A DNA stretch of 64,000 nt from Craspedostauros australis (taxonomy: Eukaryota), in contig JALAGF010001746.1 in the NCBI GenBank assembly GCA_030167865.1, positions 1 to 64,000 on the forward strand, written 5' to 3'. The position numbers and the translations under genes are program-made. The notes beneath the pieces are model-generated. The model saw nothing but the letters and a program-made list of their open reading frames with translations. It was not told the origin of the DNA and did no database searches. Below are positions 48,961-61,060 of this stretch, one piece after another (positions within the stretch are counted from its first letter, which is position 1; every line of letters starts with the position of its first letter).

Positions 48961-49446
48961 TCACAATTGCTTGTCGTAGATGCGCTTGGGTATGATCTTG
49001 ATTTTGGCGTGCTCCGCCCTGCGCTTCGGGGAATCCTTTGGTTCGTGCTGTTGCATTGCAGGCTGGAGATGTTGTCGTGGGTGGAGCGAATCGGGTCGAG
49101 TGTTGTGGCCATGCAGACGCGAGGGTGCTTGTTGCGTGGCCTTCGTGACCAACGCCTGCGCACGCTTCCGCTTCCATTGGTCGGAAGCCTCGCACAACTG
49201 CGCATCCATGTGGAGGTCCCCGTTGTGCATCATGTTCTTTATGGTCTTGAGGAAGACGATGTCGTGGAAATCGTGCATGAACTGCGCCTCGACGTGCCTC
49301 CGGATGGCGTCCACAGACGAACGCGACTGCCAGTCGTTCAACTCTTCAATCGCCTTCAGTATTGCTCTTTGATACAGCATGGTGGTGTGCGATGTCGGGG
49401 ATGCCACGTGAGGCTTCGTGGGAGTGTGGACGACGGTGGTACTCAT
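48961..49446 (-). CDS. Small protein with a linker-histone H1/H5 (H15) winged-helix-like domain
   Basis: YQRAILKAIEELNDWQSRSSVDAIRRHVEA...FLKTIKNMMHNGDL matches the H15 pattern (Y..I..AI..L....SS..AI..... L...V..G.L). Start taken at ATG 49446; the ORF is open to 49635. Confidence 0.62.
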   Translation of the reverse strand: MSTTVVHTPTKPHVASPTSHTTMLYQRAILKAIEELNDWQSRSSVDAIRRHVEAQFMHDFHDIVFLKTIKNMMHNGDLHMDAQLCEASDQWKRKRAQALVTKATQQAPSRLHGHNTRPDSLHPRQHLQPAMQQHEPKDSPKRRAEHAKIKIIPKRIYDKQL

Positions 49447-51273
49447 TTGCGCAGGTGCAAGAGTTGTGGCTGTGGTGTTTGTGGGTGATGGCGATGGTGC
49501 TGGTAGCCAAATGAGTGAGACGTGGTGTATCGGGAGTCGGGAGTCGAGTGTTACGTGTTGCGTGGAAGATGATGAGATGCCAAAGGTGCGCGGAGGGTGG
49601 CAGTCGTGGCGGATTGAACGGAGATTAGAATGCATCTGAGCGAGGTGAGAATGGCAGGCAACTCGTGGAGGTGTGACGCTTTAAGAGTCGTTGAAGGCAA
49701 CACGCCATTTCTTGTATCATCCGTACGAGGAGAGAAGAACAACCAGACCAGATCGATGTCTCCCGTTGTTGCTGACAGCTCCGATATCATTCCAAATGAC
49801 AGCAACGATGAACGAAGATACCTTCTTCTCGACAGCTTCCTCGAATTCGTTCACATCTACCCTGATGGAGAGCGACGGGAGCATCAACGCCGCAACCTCA
49901 GTGCAATGCACACTCAGAAAGCCAATAACTCTATGCAGTGAACTCACGCAGTTGTAGGGGCACGCCTGCATTGTGGTGACGATGATGAGGGATGGCTCCT
50001 TGCGCCACGCTCGCATCTGCGATGGTGGGAACTGAGGCGCTCATGATATCAAAAGATCTGCGGATGGTGGAGGATCTGCGTACGAGTGTGATGCGCGTTG
50101 GCGTAGAACGTGCGCACTATTGAATGGAAGGATGATAGTATGGTGGCGGTGATGGCGATGACGAGGCTGATGATGAAGATGGTGACAGTAAACCAGTTGC
50201 CTGCGCTTTGTAGTTCTCCAAGCAGTCTTGTTCGTTGGCGTGTTGGGACTGTTCAGCTTTCGGGAGGCTCTGCCTCTTTGCTGTTCCGAAAGGAACGCAG
50301 CGATGCTGTTCCGCGGGAATTGGTCCTCCCTCCCTTGTTCGTTGTCCCGCGATTGCTCCCATCGTCACTTCTCCCTTGTTGTTACTGTTGTCGCTGTTGC
50401 TGCGTTCTTGACGGCAATCAACGACGTTGATCGATGACGAAGGCACACATCAAGCGCACAAGCAACCAGCAACGACACCTTGGAGTAGAATGCGAACCGT
50501 CCTGTGAATGCTTCCGGACAGCTCACCACGAAGAGAAAGGAGGAGACCTCGCACATCGCATCTGTGTGAGATTCTCCCGTTCCTTCTCGTTGTCACTGAT
50601 GCGGATAGTGGTGTCGAACGGCCTATTCGTGTGTTTGTGTCGCATCTCCACGATGGTTCGTGGTTTTTGTTGTTGGGTTCGGTTGTCAACGATTTGTGAT
50701 CGTGGACGTTCTGAATCGTTGATTGGCATTCTACCGGGACTGAAATGATCTTCCGCAAACAGAACATAAGTTGCGGGGAATATTGTAAATAAAAATAAAA
50801 TCATGTGTCGGTGTGTACTACATAATATGGATAATTCACCGCGTATTCCATGTTTCACAAACAACATCAACGATCGTGTTGATCAACCATCGATTTCAAT
50901 CCCGTTTTGTAGTGAATCAGACAGATCAGTAGACTCCAGTTGCAAGCATAGAAGTGCGAAACATCTTTGGAAATGAGTGAGTGCGCAGAACAGGCCACAC
51001 CCTGACACCAGCTTGCCACACTCTCCCCCATGACATCATACTCTAGAGAGAGAGAGAGTTGCATCAGCAAATCAGATCTTCCCATTAATTTAGAGTCAGT
51101 AGAGTATTGTTGTACTCCATTGCATTTCAGCGTTGACATGAGACAGAGTATCCATTCTCGTACATGAACATACACTTGCATAAGTACATGCGCATGAGGG
51201 CATGGCATGACGTAGCATCGATTGTTTGGTTGTTTCATGCTTGTCTCTCCGCTGCACGATGTGCTGTCTCTCT

Positions 51274-54200
51274 TTAGATCGGCGACCCATCTCTCCATGT
51301 CCCTTCACGGCGCAATGTCCCATCCGCCAAGAATTCTCGTCCAGTTCCATGCCGCTTGCCCAGGCTCCATTCTCCGACATAACGCCCCCCGTCCGGCCAC
51401 ACCAGCTGTCCCGCGCCATGGATGCGGTCCTTGACGAATTCGCCTTTGTAGATGGACCCGTCGCTGAATTGATACGTGCCCCGACCGTGGCGTTTTCCGT
51501 TGTACCACTGTCCCTGGTACTTGCTGCCATCCTGGTACTGCATGGTGCCCTCGACGCGCTGGCCTTGAACGTAACGCCCCGTGAACACCCGTGTCCCGTC
51601 AGCGTACTCGTAGCGGCCCAATCCATGCTTGATGTGATCCAGGAACGTTCCCTCGTACAGATCGCCGTTGCTCTTGCAATGCCGTCCTTGGCCGTTCCAC
51701 GCACCGTCCCACCATTCACCTTCGTACCAGCCCGCGCCGGAGTACTCGATGCGTCCGTTGCCGGTTGGCTTGCCGGTCTTGACATCGAGCGTGCCGTTGT
51801 AGGTGCCCAGGTTGCCTGCTGGGTCCAGAACATTCAGCTTGGTGACCTGGATCAGCTGCTCCTCCTCTTCGTCTTCGCCATCCTCGTCGCTGTTTTGGCT
51901 GTCACCGTCTTGCGCCGCATTCTTGAGGAACGCCTGGTAATTGTCGCCGCGCTTGTTCTTTTGCTTGCGCCGCTTGGACGATCCCCGGGCATCCTCATCC
52001 TGCGGATTGGCATCGAAGGCACGTTGGGATGGCGGGTTCAGCAACTTGGAGGAACCCTGCGTGAAACTGAGGTTGATGCCTGGTTCGGTAACGGCGTTCA
52101 TGTTGGACAGCGCGTCAGACGTGTTCATGTATCCCGTGGGTACGTACGGGGTGCTGGAAGAGGTGTTCATCAAACCTTGCTGTTGTTGTTGTTGTTGCTG
52201 TTGCTGCTGCTGTTGTTTGGCGCCGCCGGTGCTGGTCGGCGGAATACGTGAATTGTTGTGCGTGGGCTGTATGGTGTGCGTGGTGTTGTAGGTATTGTAG
52301 GAGGAATTGAAGGATCGGTTGGAATTCTGCCATGGATTGGAGTAGCTGTTGTTGTTCGTTGCGCCGCCAGCTCGTCCCTGATTGGTCGTTGCTGCTTGCA
52401 ACGTGATGCTGTTGTTGGCGTTGGAGTTCATGGTGGGTGTCGGCGATGGTGGCGTCTTCAAGTTTCCGTTTGCATCATCGTAAGCGTTGTCATGTGCTTT
52501 CGCCTTGCTCTGATCGTCCATGAAGGAAGATAACGATTTCACGTTCTTGCCGGATGCTCGGCTGCGTTGCCTGTGCTGCCGTCCCTTCGCCGACGTTGCC
52601 ATATCCTGCTCGGACAGCTGGATGGAGTCCAGATGCAACGCCACCTTTTCTTCCAGGATGTACTGCAGCTCCGCCAGCTTGCTCGGTTTCATGGCGCTGT
52701 AGTAGTCATGGTACTTGAGCTGCTGGAGGCAGTACTGCCACGCCGTTTCGGAATGCTCCACGAAGGTGGTGCACTGCTCTTTGGGATAGGTGTGAAGGAC
52801 GTGGAGGAGGAACTTGCCCTCCAGGATGGGATCGTCCATGCCGCTGCCGGTGCTGGCGTTTGAATTGCGTCGCTGCGATGTTGGCATGGAGGAGAGGGAG
52901 GATCTGCGATTTGCGTAACGAGACGTGGACTTCTTGTCCTTCGCTTTGCTGGTGGGGACGGACGGTGCCGTCTTGGCGGACATTGCGCTTTGCACCGAAG
53001 AACGCCGGCGTGGACGCGACGAGGTATTCCTCCTCGATGACTGACCAGCCGCGTTGGGATCCGCAGCACCATCGACCGAACTGGCCGCCGACGATGTGGT
53101 GGCTGTGGAGGTGGCGGAGATGGACCTGCCTGGCGTTTTACGGTGCGTTCGGTAGGAGGATGGCGACTTGGAGGTGCTGCGGTTCGATTGTTGCGATAAC
53201 TGGGAGAGTTGCGAATTGGCCGAGATGTTTCTGCGCATTTTTCGGTAGGAGTTGTCATCGTCGCTGGAGCGGGACGCCGTCTTTTGCGCAGACCTGCTGA
53301 CGCGAACGCGCCTCGATTTGGAAGACACGGATGCTGGCGACGCGGCTGCGCCGTCGGGAGGTGGGGAGACGGAGGTATTGCGTCTGCTTCTGCTGCTTCT
53401 GGAAGAATCGGTGGCCGATATCTGCCTGCGGCTCTTTGGCTTGGACGATGGCATCCGCCTGACGGAGCGTTGCCTGCGCAGCGACGATGATGACGAGGTG
53501 GAACCTGCCTCGGATTCATTGGATTGCCGACGTCGGCTCGTTCCCGGTCTTTTTGGGTTGCCGCCTTCGTTGCCGCGCCTTGGTGAATGCAGCGGAATTT
53601 CATGGTCCTCGGAGTCATCCGGTGGTGGCGGTGGAGGCGGCACAATTGGTTGCTTGGATTGCGTCCGCCGAGGAGAAGTGGTCGGTGGTGGGTTGTTGAC
53701 GTTGTTGACGTTGATTGCGCTGTTGGCATTGCTGCCATGGTTAACATTGGTCAACGAAGGCGGGCGTACCGCAGCTGGGTTGAATTGTGGAATTTCATCA
53801 TTCTGCGGGTTGTACGGTTGTGATTGCGCCTGCGATGGATGCCCACCATTCCGAGATGGCGAAATACCAAAGTTCTGACCATCTCCTATGTCATCCCAAA
53901 TGTTGCGCTGGTGGGCGGAGGAGGAGTTGGTGCAGTCATGACCGGAATTGGTGAGGTCTCCATCGCCATATCCCGATCCGCTCGTGTTCATGTCGGCATC
54001 GTAGTTGGAATTGGTGTTGGTGAAGCTGCCCTGGCTGCTCTCGTCCAGCGAATGATCGGAGACCATCATCTCATCGTAACCAGCGGGAGCCTGTTTGTCT
54101 TTCTGCTTCGCGGCCTTGGTGGCTTTGGCACCCTTGGTGCTCTTGAATGGATTGCGGATGCGCCGCCTCATGGAGTGGCTGGGCGAGGCCTGGGCAGGCG

Positions 54201-54645
54201 TCGGAGATGATGCAGCATCGTCCACCTTGCCAGCGTCCATGAGCTTGCGGGAGCTGACCCCCACGCCCAGCCTGGCCAGCGAGGCAGACAGCATGTCCTT
54301 GCGTCCCTGACTCTGCTTCTTCTCCTTCTTTATCTCGCGTTGGACGGAGGGGCGGTACTTGCCGAAACCTAACGTTCCCGATCTCATAGGTGATGCGCTC
54401 CTCTTGGATCTGGATGGCGAGTTGTTGGTTTCGGAGGGAGATGAGAAGTGGAGCTTGTGTTGCTGCTGTTGCTGCTGCGGTTGCTGAGGACTGCGGCCAC
54501 GGGCATCATTGCCATCATTGTGAAAGTCCTGATCGCCGATGCTGTCGCTGTCATCATCATCATCATGCAAAATGTGAGACTTGCTCTTGAATCTCGCCAG
54601 AGATGACAGGAGGCCGATGCTCTTGCGTCGAGGTTGCTGTGTCAT
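51274..54645 (-). CDS. MORN-repeat protein 1 (long Ser/Arg/Gln-rich disordered N-terminus, C-terminal MORN array)
   Basis: Repeats of YxGxW/F..G..HGxG (YEGEWWDGAWNGQG, YQGQWYNGKRHGRG, YKGEFVKDRIHGAG, YVGEWSLGKRHGTG). First ATG at 54645. No intron needed. Confidence 0.9.
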   Translation of the reverse strand: MTQQPRRKSIGLLSSLARFKSKSHILHDDDDDSDSIGDQDFHNDGNDARGRSPQQPQQQQQQHKLHFSSPSETNNSPSRSKRSASPMRSGTLGFGKYRPSVQREIKKEKKQSQGRKDMLSASLARLGVGVSSRKLMDAGKVDDAASSPTPAQASPSHSMRRRIRNPFKSTKGAKATKAAKQKDKQAPAGYDEMMVSDHSLDESSQGSFTNTNSNYDADMNTSGSGYGDGDLTNSGHDCTNSSSAHQRNIWDDIGDGQNFGISPSRNGGHPSQAQSQPYNPQNDEIPQFNPAAVRPPSLTNVNHGSNANSAINVNNVNNPPPTTSPRRTQSKQPIVPPPPPPPDDSEDHEIPLHSPRRGNEGGNPKRPGTSRRRQSNESEAGSTSSSSSLRRQRSVRRMPSSKPKSRRQISATDSSRSSRSRRNTSVSPPPDGAAASPASVSSKSRRVRVSRSAQKTASRSSDDDNSYRKMRRNISANSQLSQLSQQSNRSTSKSPSSYRTHRKTPGRSISATSTATTSSAASSVDGAADPNAAGQSSRRNTSSRPRRRSSVQSAMSAKTAPSVPTSKAKDKKSTSRYANRRSSLSSMPTSQRRNSNASTGSGMDDPILEGKFLLHVLHTYPKEQCTTFVEHSETAWQYCLQQLKYHDYYSAMKPSKLAELQYILEEKVALHLDSIQLSEQDMATSAKGRQHRQRSRASGKNVKSLSSFMDDQSKAKAHDNAYDDANGNLKTPPSPTPTMNSNANNSITLQAATTNQGRAGGATNNNSYSNPWQNSNRSFNSSYNTYNTTHTIQPTHNNSRIPPTSTGGAKQQQQQQQQQQQQQGLMNTSSSTPYVPTGYMNTSDALSNMNAVTEPGINLSFTQGSSKLLNPPSQRAFDANPQDEDARGSSKRRKQKNKRGDNYQAFLKNAAQDGDSQNSDEDGEDEEEEQLIQVTKLNVLDPAGNLGTYNGTLDVKTGKPTGNGRIEYSGAGWYEGEWWDGAWNGQGRHCKSNGDLYEGTFLDHIKHGLGRYEYADGTRVFTGRYVQGQRVEGTMQYQDGSKYQGQWYNGKRHGRGTYQFSDGSIYKGEFVKDRIHGAGQLVWPDGGRYVGEWSLGKRHGTGREFLADGTLRREGTWRDGSPI

Positions 54646-55713
54646 GGTCTCTGTATCCACTCTGTATCAACTCTGTAGCCACTCTCTGTTTACTCCACTC
54701 CTGCAGAGTATTATATGACAGAGTCTGACAGAGGAGAGTGGCTGAGTGCTCTGACAACACTCCGATCTGTTGCTGTAGTCTCTAGACAGCGGTAGTATAG
54801 CCTGTCCGAAATCACCCCTCCTGGATGGGAAGATGTCGGGTCTCAACTATGCCTCTGAAGGTGTATGTATGTCCAAGCAGACTACCTTGCCTTCAATGCT
54901 GCTCTCTCGACAACACCGATGGCACTCAGAGCTCTCCGATGTCCGCACTCCTCTCCACCAAGATCGCACGAATGCAAATACAAACACAATTCCAACTGCA
55001 AACGCGCCTTCCCTCCGCTGTCTTTGTGTTGCTTGGCCTTGTGACGATGCGATGGTTGTGGCTGTTCTGGTACGGATGCTTCGCCTGTGCGGTTGGCGTT
55101 GCTGGAGACTGGTGGGGGTGTTGGTTCTGCCTGCCTCTCGGTTGCCTGCCTGGTCGTCGCGAATGGCGGAGGTGAATGAAGAAAGAAGAGGATGAGGGTG
55201 GCGAAGGGATGAATCCTCTGTTTCCACCAAGAATGATCAACAAGGAGGATGCCACCACAGCAACGACAATCAAATGCGGTGCAAAGGTACGCTGCCACGT
55301 CGGAGTACGCTCACGAGTAGTAGTGTCTCGCGAATAGTGTGACGAGGTCTTTGCAAGCCTGAAGGACTGATTGTTCGGAAACGAAAATGACGGAAAGAAC
55401 AAATTGTATCATGCGGAATGTCCGGATGACACCCGAGTGATTCCGCTGCAGGGTGGAAGGGCAGACAGGAATTGTGTTGGGTACTTTGCTCGCAACCACG
55501 AACAGGCCGTTCTGTGTCCACCAAATGCGTTGCATCGCAAGAAAAGCAGAGCGCAATGCTCTGTCAATAGACAAGGATGTTGCTCCTCAGAGTAGAGCAT
55601 TGCAGTACTCTATTCTATTATACTCCACTAGCACATCACACTACGAGTAGGCTCACGCCATGCCACGCCATGATATGTAATGTCATGTTGCGTTGTGCTG
55701 CGTTCTGTTGTCG

Positions 55714-57030
55714 CTACCAACCATACTTGCGCTTGGCGGACGCCCTGTTGATCTTGCTGGTGTCCTTCTTTGGATTCTGCAATCGCGTGGTCTCCAAGGC
55801 GACGGCGTTCGCCATGAGATGAGTGAGCTGGTTGGTGTTGGAGTGCTTGCCTTCCTGCTGGTCGCGGTACATGCTGACGTCGACGTTCTGGATGCCGTGG
55901 GCGTTGTACTGCTGCTGTTGTTCGTCCTCGGTGGGAAGGTGGTAGTGGGAGGAGTCGTGGCCCTGCAGGTTGATGTCGGATTGGATGCCGGAGACGTTGC
56001 CCTGTCGCAGCATGGCCTCCATCTGTCGTTTGCGGGCCTTTTTCGAATTCATCTTTCTGCCTTGCGCGGCTTGTGCGTGGCTGTGTTGGTGGGATGGGCG
56101 GATCGATGGTGCAGGCGGCGGGGGTGCGGGCATTGACCTTGGTGTTGGGACCGAGGATCTCGATCGTGGCGCGGCCTTGACGGAGATGCTCCTCGATGAT
56201 TTGCTGGCTCCGCTCTTGACGGAGGAGGGTCTTGGAGCCGGTGCTCGTGCTCCCGCGCTGGACTTGCTGAACATCGGCGTGACCTTGTCCTTGGCTCCAT
56301 CATCACTGTCGCTGCTGCTATCGCTATCACTATCACTATCACTATCACTGCTGCTATCGCTGTCACCGTCCGAACCATCGTCGCTGCCCACCGTCGAAAC
56401 CTTGACGCCTGATGCTTTTGCCTTTGCTGTTGACTTGGTGCTGGACGATCCACCATGAATGTCCACCACAGCAGACTTGGCGGATCGTACGATGGTCTCA
56501 GTGGTGGACGTGACGAAGGCTGCACCCAGAACCGTGGGCGCATTGTTGGCCGCCGATTTGTCATCCTTCTTTCCATCCGATTTGGCCGCGGAAGAGAGCT
56601 CCTGGAGGAAGGAGTTCAAGCCCGCATCTTGATCATGCATGTCGCCTGACTTGCCTTTGTTGTTGCTCTTGTTGTTACTCTTTGTCTGCTTGCCTTTGTT
56701 GTTACTCTTGGTGTTACTCTTGTTGGTATTGGCTTTGTTGTTGCCAGATACAGGCGCTGACTTGACACCATCCTCGCTGTCACTGTCGCTGTCCGTGTCA
56801 TAGGCCCCTCCTCTGGCCTGGCTCCTGGTGAGGCGTTCCATGATGTGCTTGGGCAGCACGGAAGTCAAGGAGAGGATCTTCTTCCCCTTCTTGGAGACCT
56901 TGGCAGAGTTGCCCTTGGCTGGACTCTTCGTCGCCTGCTTTGCCTTTGCATTGGTGCTCGTGGCAACTGCTGGACCGCCATCCTGGCTGCTGTCATCACC
57001 CGATGAGTTGTAACCTCCAATCAAGTCCAT
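55714..57030 (-). CDS. PRCC-like (proline-rich mitotic checkpoint / splicing-associated) protein
   Basis: The N-terminus MDLIGGYNSSGDDS and C-terminus NQLTHLMANAVALE...RASAKRKYGW resemble the conserved PRCC termini (MSLVAYASSDES; HQITYL..A...E...KYGF). Contains SD repeats and a Pro-rich segment. Confidence 0.65.
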   Translation of the reverse strand: MDLIGGYNSSGDDSSQDGGPAVATSTNAKAKQATKSPAKGNSAKVSKKGKKILSLTSVLPKHIMERLTRSQARGGAYDTDSDSDSEDGVKSAPVSGNNKANTNKSNTKSNNKGKQTKSNNKSNNKGKSGDMHDQDAGLNSFLQELSSAAKSDGKKDDKSAANNAPTVLGAAFVTSTTETIVRSAKSAVVDIHGGSSSTKSTAKAKASGVKVSTVGSDDGSDGDSDSSSDSDSDSDSDSSSDSDDGAKDKVTPMFSKSSAGARAPAPRPSSVKSGASKSSRSISVKAAPRSRSSVPTPRSMPAPPPPAPSIRPSHQHSHAQAAQGRKMNSKKARKRQMEAMLRQGNVSGIQSDINLQGHDSSHYHLPTEDEQQQQYNAHGIQNVDVSMYRDQQEGKHSNTNQLTHLMANAVALETTRLQNPKKDTSKINRASAKRKYGW

Positions 57031-57759
57031 CTTTGCTGCTTCGACTCCTTCTGCTTCTGACACTTGGTATATAGTATTGGTATTCAGTATGCTGGATGTT
57101 GCAGAATAGAATATATTACAGAATACTATGTGCACTACTCTATGCAGGAGCGTGGGTATGATGTCGGATGCTCTGTTGGTGGTACGATCTGCAGTTGTGA
57201 GTACGGGTGGTGGAAGTGAAGATACTCACATGTGCGCGTGTTCGATGACAAGAACGAAGGAGAGGTTGGTTGGTGTTGCTATGACGGAAAGAAGCACAGG
57301 AACCTACCCATGAAACGTGAAACCGCACGACTGGATAGAATGTCACGGTTGGATAGAAGTCGCAGTAGATGTCGCATGAGACATTATTTCAAAAATTGTC
57401 CACACACAGTCATCGACCAAGAAATGCGCGCAAAATGAATGTGAGTGACCGAGTCCTGGTGGAGTCGGTACGTGGACTCGTGTATTAGCGTTTGTGCGAG
57501 AGCAAGAAGCCCAGCACGGACAAAAACTGGAAACGGAACAGAGTGCGCGCGCAAACCAAGAAGAGGCAAGAGAAGCAAGAAGCAAGAAGAAAAACCAAGA
57601 AAGCGGAAGTGGAGCAAGAAAACACAAATTGCACCGTGGTTGCATTCTTGCTGTTATCACCATTGTTATCACCATTGTTATCATTAGCATTCTATTATAA
57701 TATATTCTATTGTAACAATAGAGAGGAGAGAAGAAGCAGTCCATAGGTGAAGAAGCAAG

Positions 57760-60739
57760 ATGTCGCTGGACAAGCTGAACTACCTGAACGACGGCCTGAA
57801 CAGCGGGATGGGAAGCAACATCCTGCTGAACGAGGACATCGCGAACAACGAGCACCAAGATGACGACGGCTACACCGTGGGAGACGGCAGCATCCGCACG
57901 ATCGCCATCATGAGCTCGGACGGCAGCTGCACCAAGCACCCCCACGTGATGCTGCGCCAGGAGAAGAACGGCGACGTCTACCAGCGGGAGTCCTGTCCGG
58001 AGTGCGACGCCGAGTACCGCAAGAACCAGCTCATCCTCAAGAAGCGCAAGGCGGAGCTCGATCGCCAGCTGCAGCAGCTGGATCAGCAGCAGAAGCAGCA
58101 GGCGCTCAAGGACGCCGCCGTGTCCTCTCAGATGCCTGCTCCTCCGCAGGAGGTTGCTCCCATGCACTCTGCCCTCACAACCACCAACGGCATGACCAAC
58201 GGCATGACCAACGGCAGCAACGGCATGCCCAAACCGGCAGACACCATCGTGGCCGCGCACAGCAACTCCTCAGCCGCGGACGCCTCCTCCATCGGAGGCC
58301 ACTCGCAGGAGGGCGCGGGCAGCATCAGCAACAGCGTGCAGCCATCGCATGCCGGCTCCCAGGTCATGCCGGGCGCCATGGTCCCGGGCACGCACCCGCA
58401 CCAGCAGCAGAACCCCTACTACAACCCAGCCACCGGCCTGCCCATGACGCAGCACTCCCACTCGCACCCTCCGCCGTCGCCCTACGCCCCCTCTCCCTAC
58501 GGTGCCCCCCCTGCCTCCCACTCGGCCGCCTACCCGGGATACCCGCCCAACGCCCCGCCCGCTCCCGGTGCGCCCCCCACCAGCGCCTCGCCCGCGCCGC
58601 CGGGGTCGGCCTCCTCCAGGTCCGCCAACAGCTCCGCCACCAATCCCAACGGAGCGCCGGTTCCGCCGCACCATCCCAGCCACGCCCACAATCCCTACGG
58701 AGCCTACCCTCAGCCGCATCAGCCGCACCACCCGCATCACCACCCAGGCCACATGCAACCGCACACGGCCTACGGTGCCCCCGGCCCCTACCCGCCCCAC
58801 CACGCGCCTCCCGGCGGACCGGATCCCATGCTCTTCCAGCGCATGCAGGCCATGCAGGACACCATGCTCAAGTCCACGCAGGAGGACCTGGCCAAGCTGC
58901 GCGTCAAGGTGGAGTCGCAGGCCCTCACCATCCAGGAGAAGGCCATCGAGAACGCCCTGCTGCAGTCCAAGATCGAGCAGGCAAAGTCGCAGGCGGACCA
59001 GCAGATGCAGCTGGCGTCCTTGCAGGCCGAGAAGAAGGCGCAGGATCAGTACGGAGCCCTGCAGCATCAGCTCGCCCAGGCGCAGCAGGATGCCACCAAC
59101 TTACGTCTGCAGATGGAGCAGGCGCAGAGGGAGCTGCAGGCTGCCAACCACAAGCTACAGCGGGCAGAAACGCAGATCCAGACCCACAAGGATGAGATTC
59201 TCGCCCTCCAGCTATCCGCGGCCACCACCCTCTCCAATGACAACAACAACAACAACAATTACAACAAGGAAAGCAACAGCGACGACAAGGAAAAGGCACC
59301 CTTCGAATTCAAGCTCGAGGGCAAGCTCAAGAAGAACAAGGACCTGCCATCACCCGATGACGATGATGATGACGATGACGATGAAGATGAAGGCAACATG
59401 GCGAGGGAGACCATGGACCAGTTCAATTCCAAGCCTGCCAGGACCTTCGAAAAGAAAAAGCCGGATGGATTGCCACGCCAGGACACACCGGCCATGCTTG
59501 CCGACGCACCGCAGTCACAGCTCCGCAACCAGGATTACCACAACAACAATGGCGGTGCCAAGATCAACAACAACAAAAATAGCGATATGGAAGGCGGAGT
59601 CCCCTCCATGCTCTCGCTTGAGAATGACGTCCCACCCACCGTGCCATTGGCAGAGAACATCACCATGGGCACCATGGGAACCCTCGATCCAAAGGGCGGT
59701 GCTGCGCTCGATCGAAGTGCGGCCATGCGTGGCGCAGCAGATGATGGCGGCGACGGCAACAACGATGATCCCAACAACAAGCTGGTCTCCGACACCTTCA
59801 CACCCAAGATCCGGGACAATGACGATGCCGACGAGCACATGGACCCACGACCAGCCCCCAACGCAACCAGCGCCCCCAACGACAACAACAACAACAACAA
59901 CAACAACAACGTCATGAGCACCATGATGATGGAGGATGATAACCGCAGTCTGGGACAGACAGTCGCCTCCTCCACCTACGGAGAGGATCGTCAGAAGGTC
60001 GTCAACCAACCTCTCCTCGACCCATACGGCGACAAGGGAGTCTACACAGGAGTCGTCCTGCGTACCACCGGCATGCCCCATGGTTTGGGACGCATGATCT
60101 ACGAAGAAGATGGTCGTGTCTATGAAGGAGATTGGTACGTTCGTTATCATTCTCTGTGGTTCTATATTTGTATGGTATGCGCGCATGTGCGTTTCACTCA
60201 CACGCTGTATTTGTCTTCTTCTATTGTTGCTGTCTTTCCGTGGCGATGCATCAATCACAATCAATTCATCAAAAATCAATTGGTGCGAATTCAACAGGCG
60301 TCACGGTCGCTGGCATGGATATGGCCGAGCCAGCTTCTCCAACGGCGACAGCTACGAGGGAGAATACAAGTTCGATCAAAGACACGGTCGTGGTGTCTAC
60401 CGCTGGCATGATGGCCGCGTGTACGACGGAATGTTCAGCGAGGACAAGAGGCACGGCAAGGGCAAGTTCACATGGCCGGACGGCGCCATCTACGACGGAG
60501 AATTCGTCAACGGCCAGCGCGAAGGCCATGGTTCCTACACATTCTCCGATGGTGGCCAGTACGTCGGTTCCTGGAAGGACGGACGCTACGACGGATTCGG
60601 GACCTGCACGTGGGAGGATGGCCGTCGCTACAAGGGCGAATGGAGAAATGGAATGGCGCACGGACGTGGCATGGAAACATACCCCAACGGCAAGATCCGC
60701 CACGAGGGACAGTGGATCGATGATGAGCCCATTCGTTAA
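57760..60739 (+). CDS. MORN-repeat protein 2 (N-terminal Cys/His motif, Pro/His-rich region, coiled coil, C-terminal MORN array; about 938 aa)
   Basis: Exons 57760-60134 and 60298-60739 with a phase-2 GTACGT..CAG intron (60135-60297) restoring YEGDW|RHGRWHGYG, followed by further MORN units. Confidence 0.9.
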
Positions 60740-61060
60740 CGAGCGCGCAACGCAATGCAATGTACGCACAGGATGCCGCACATATCTTTATCTACAGTAG
60801 TATCCATTGGTCAACACATGCTTCACTTTCGGGCGAGGATTGCAGTTCGAGGGCGCTCGTTGTCTCGAACCCAGTTCCATCTCTGTGAGGACATGCCATG
60901 CACCACACTCGTTCTGACAAACGCTACACAGCGACGTACCAAGTTGACAAAAAACATTTGTTTTATCACTATTTGAACATCTTCTTATGAGTTGGGTTGT
61001 TGCTGTTGGGTTTCAAGAACAATTGGGAATCCATTTCGAGTGCTGCGTGGATGCGACTGT

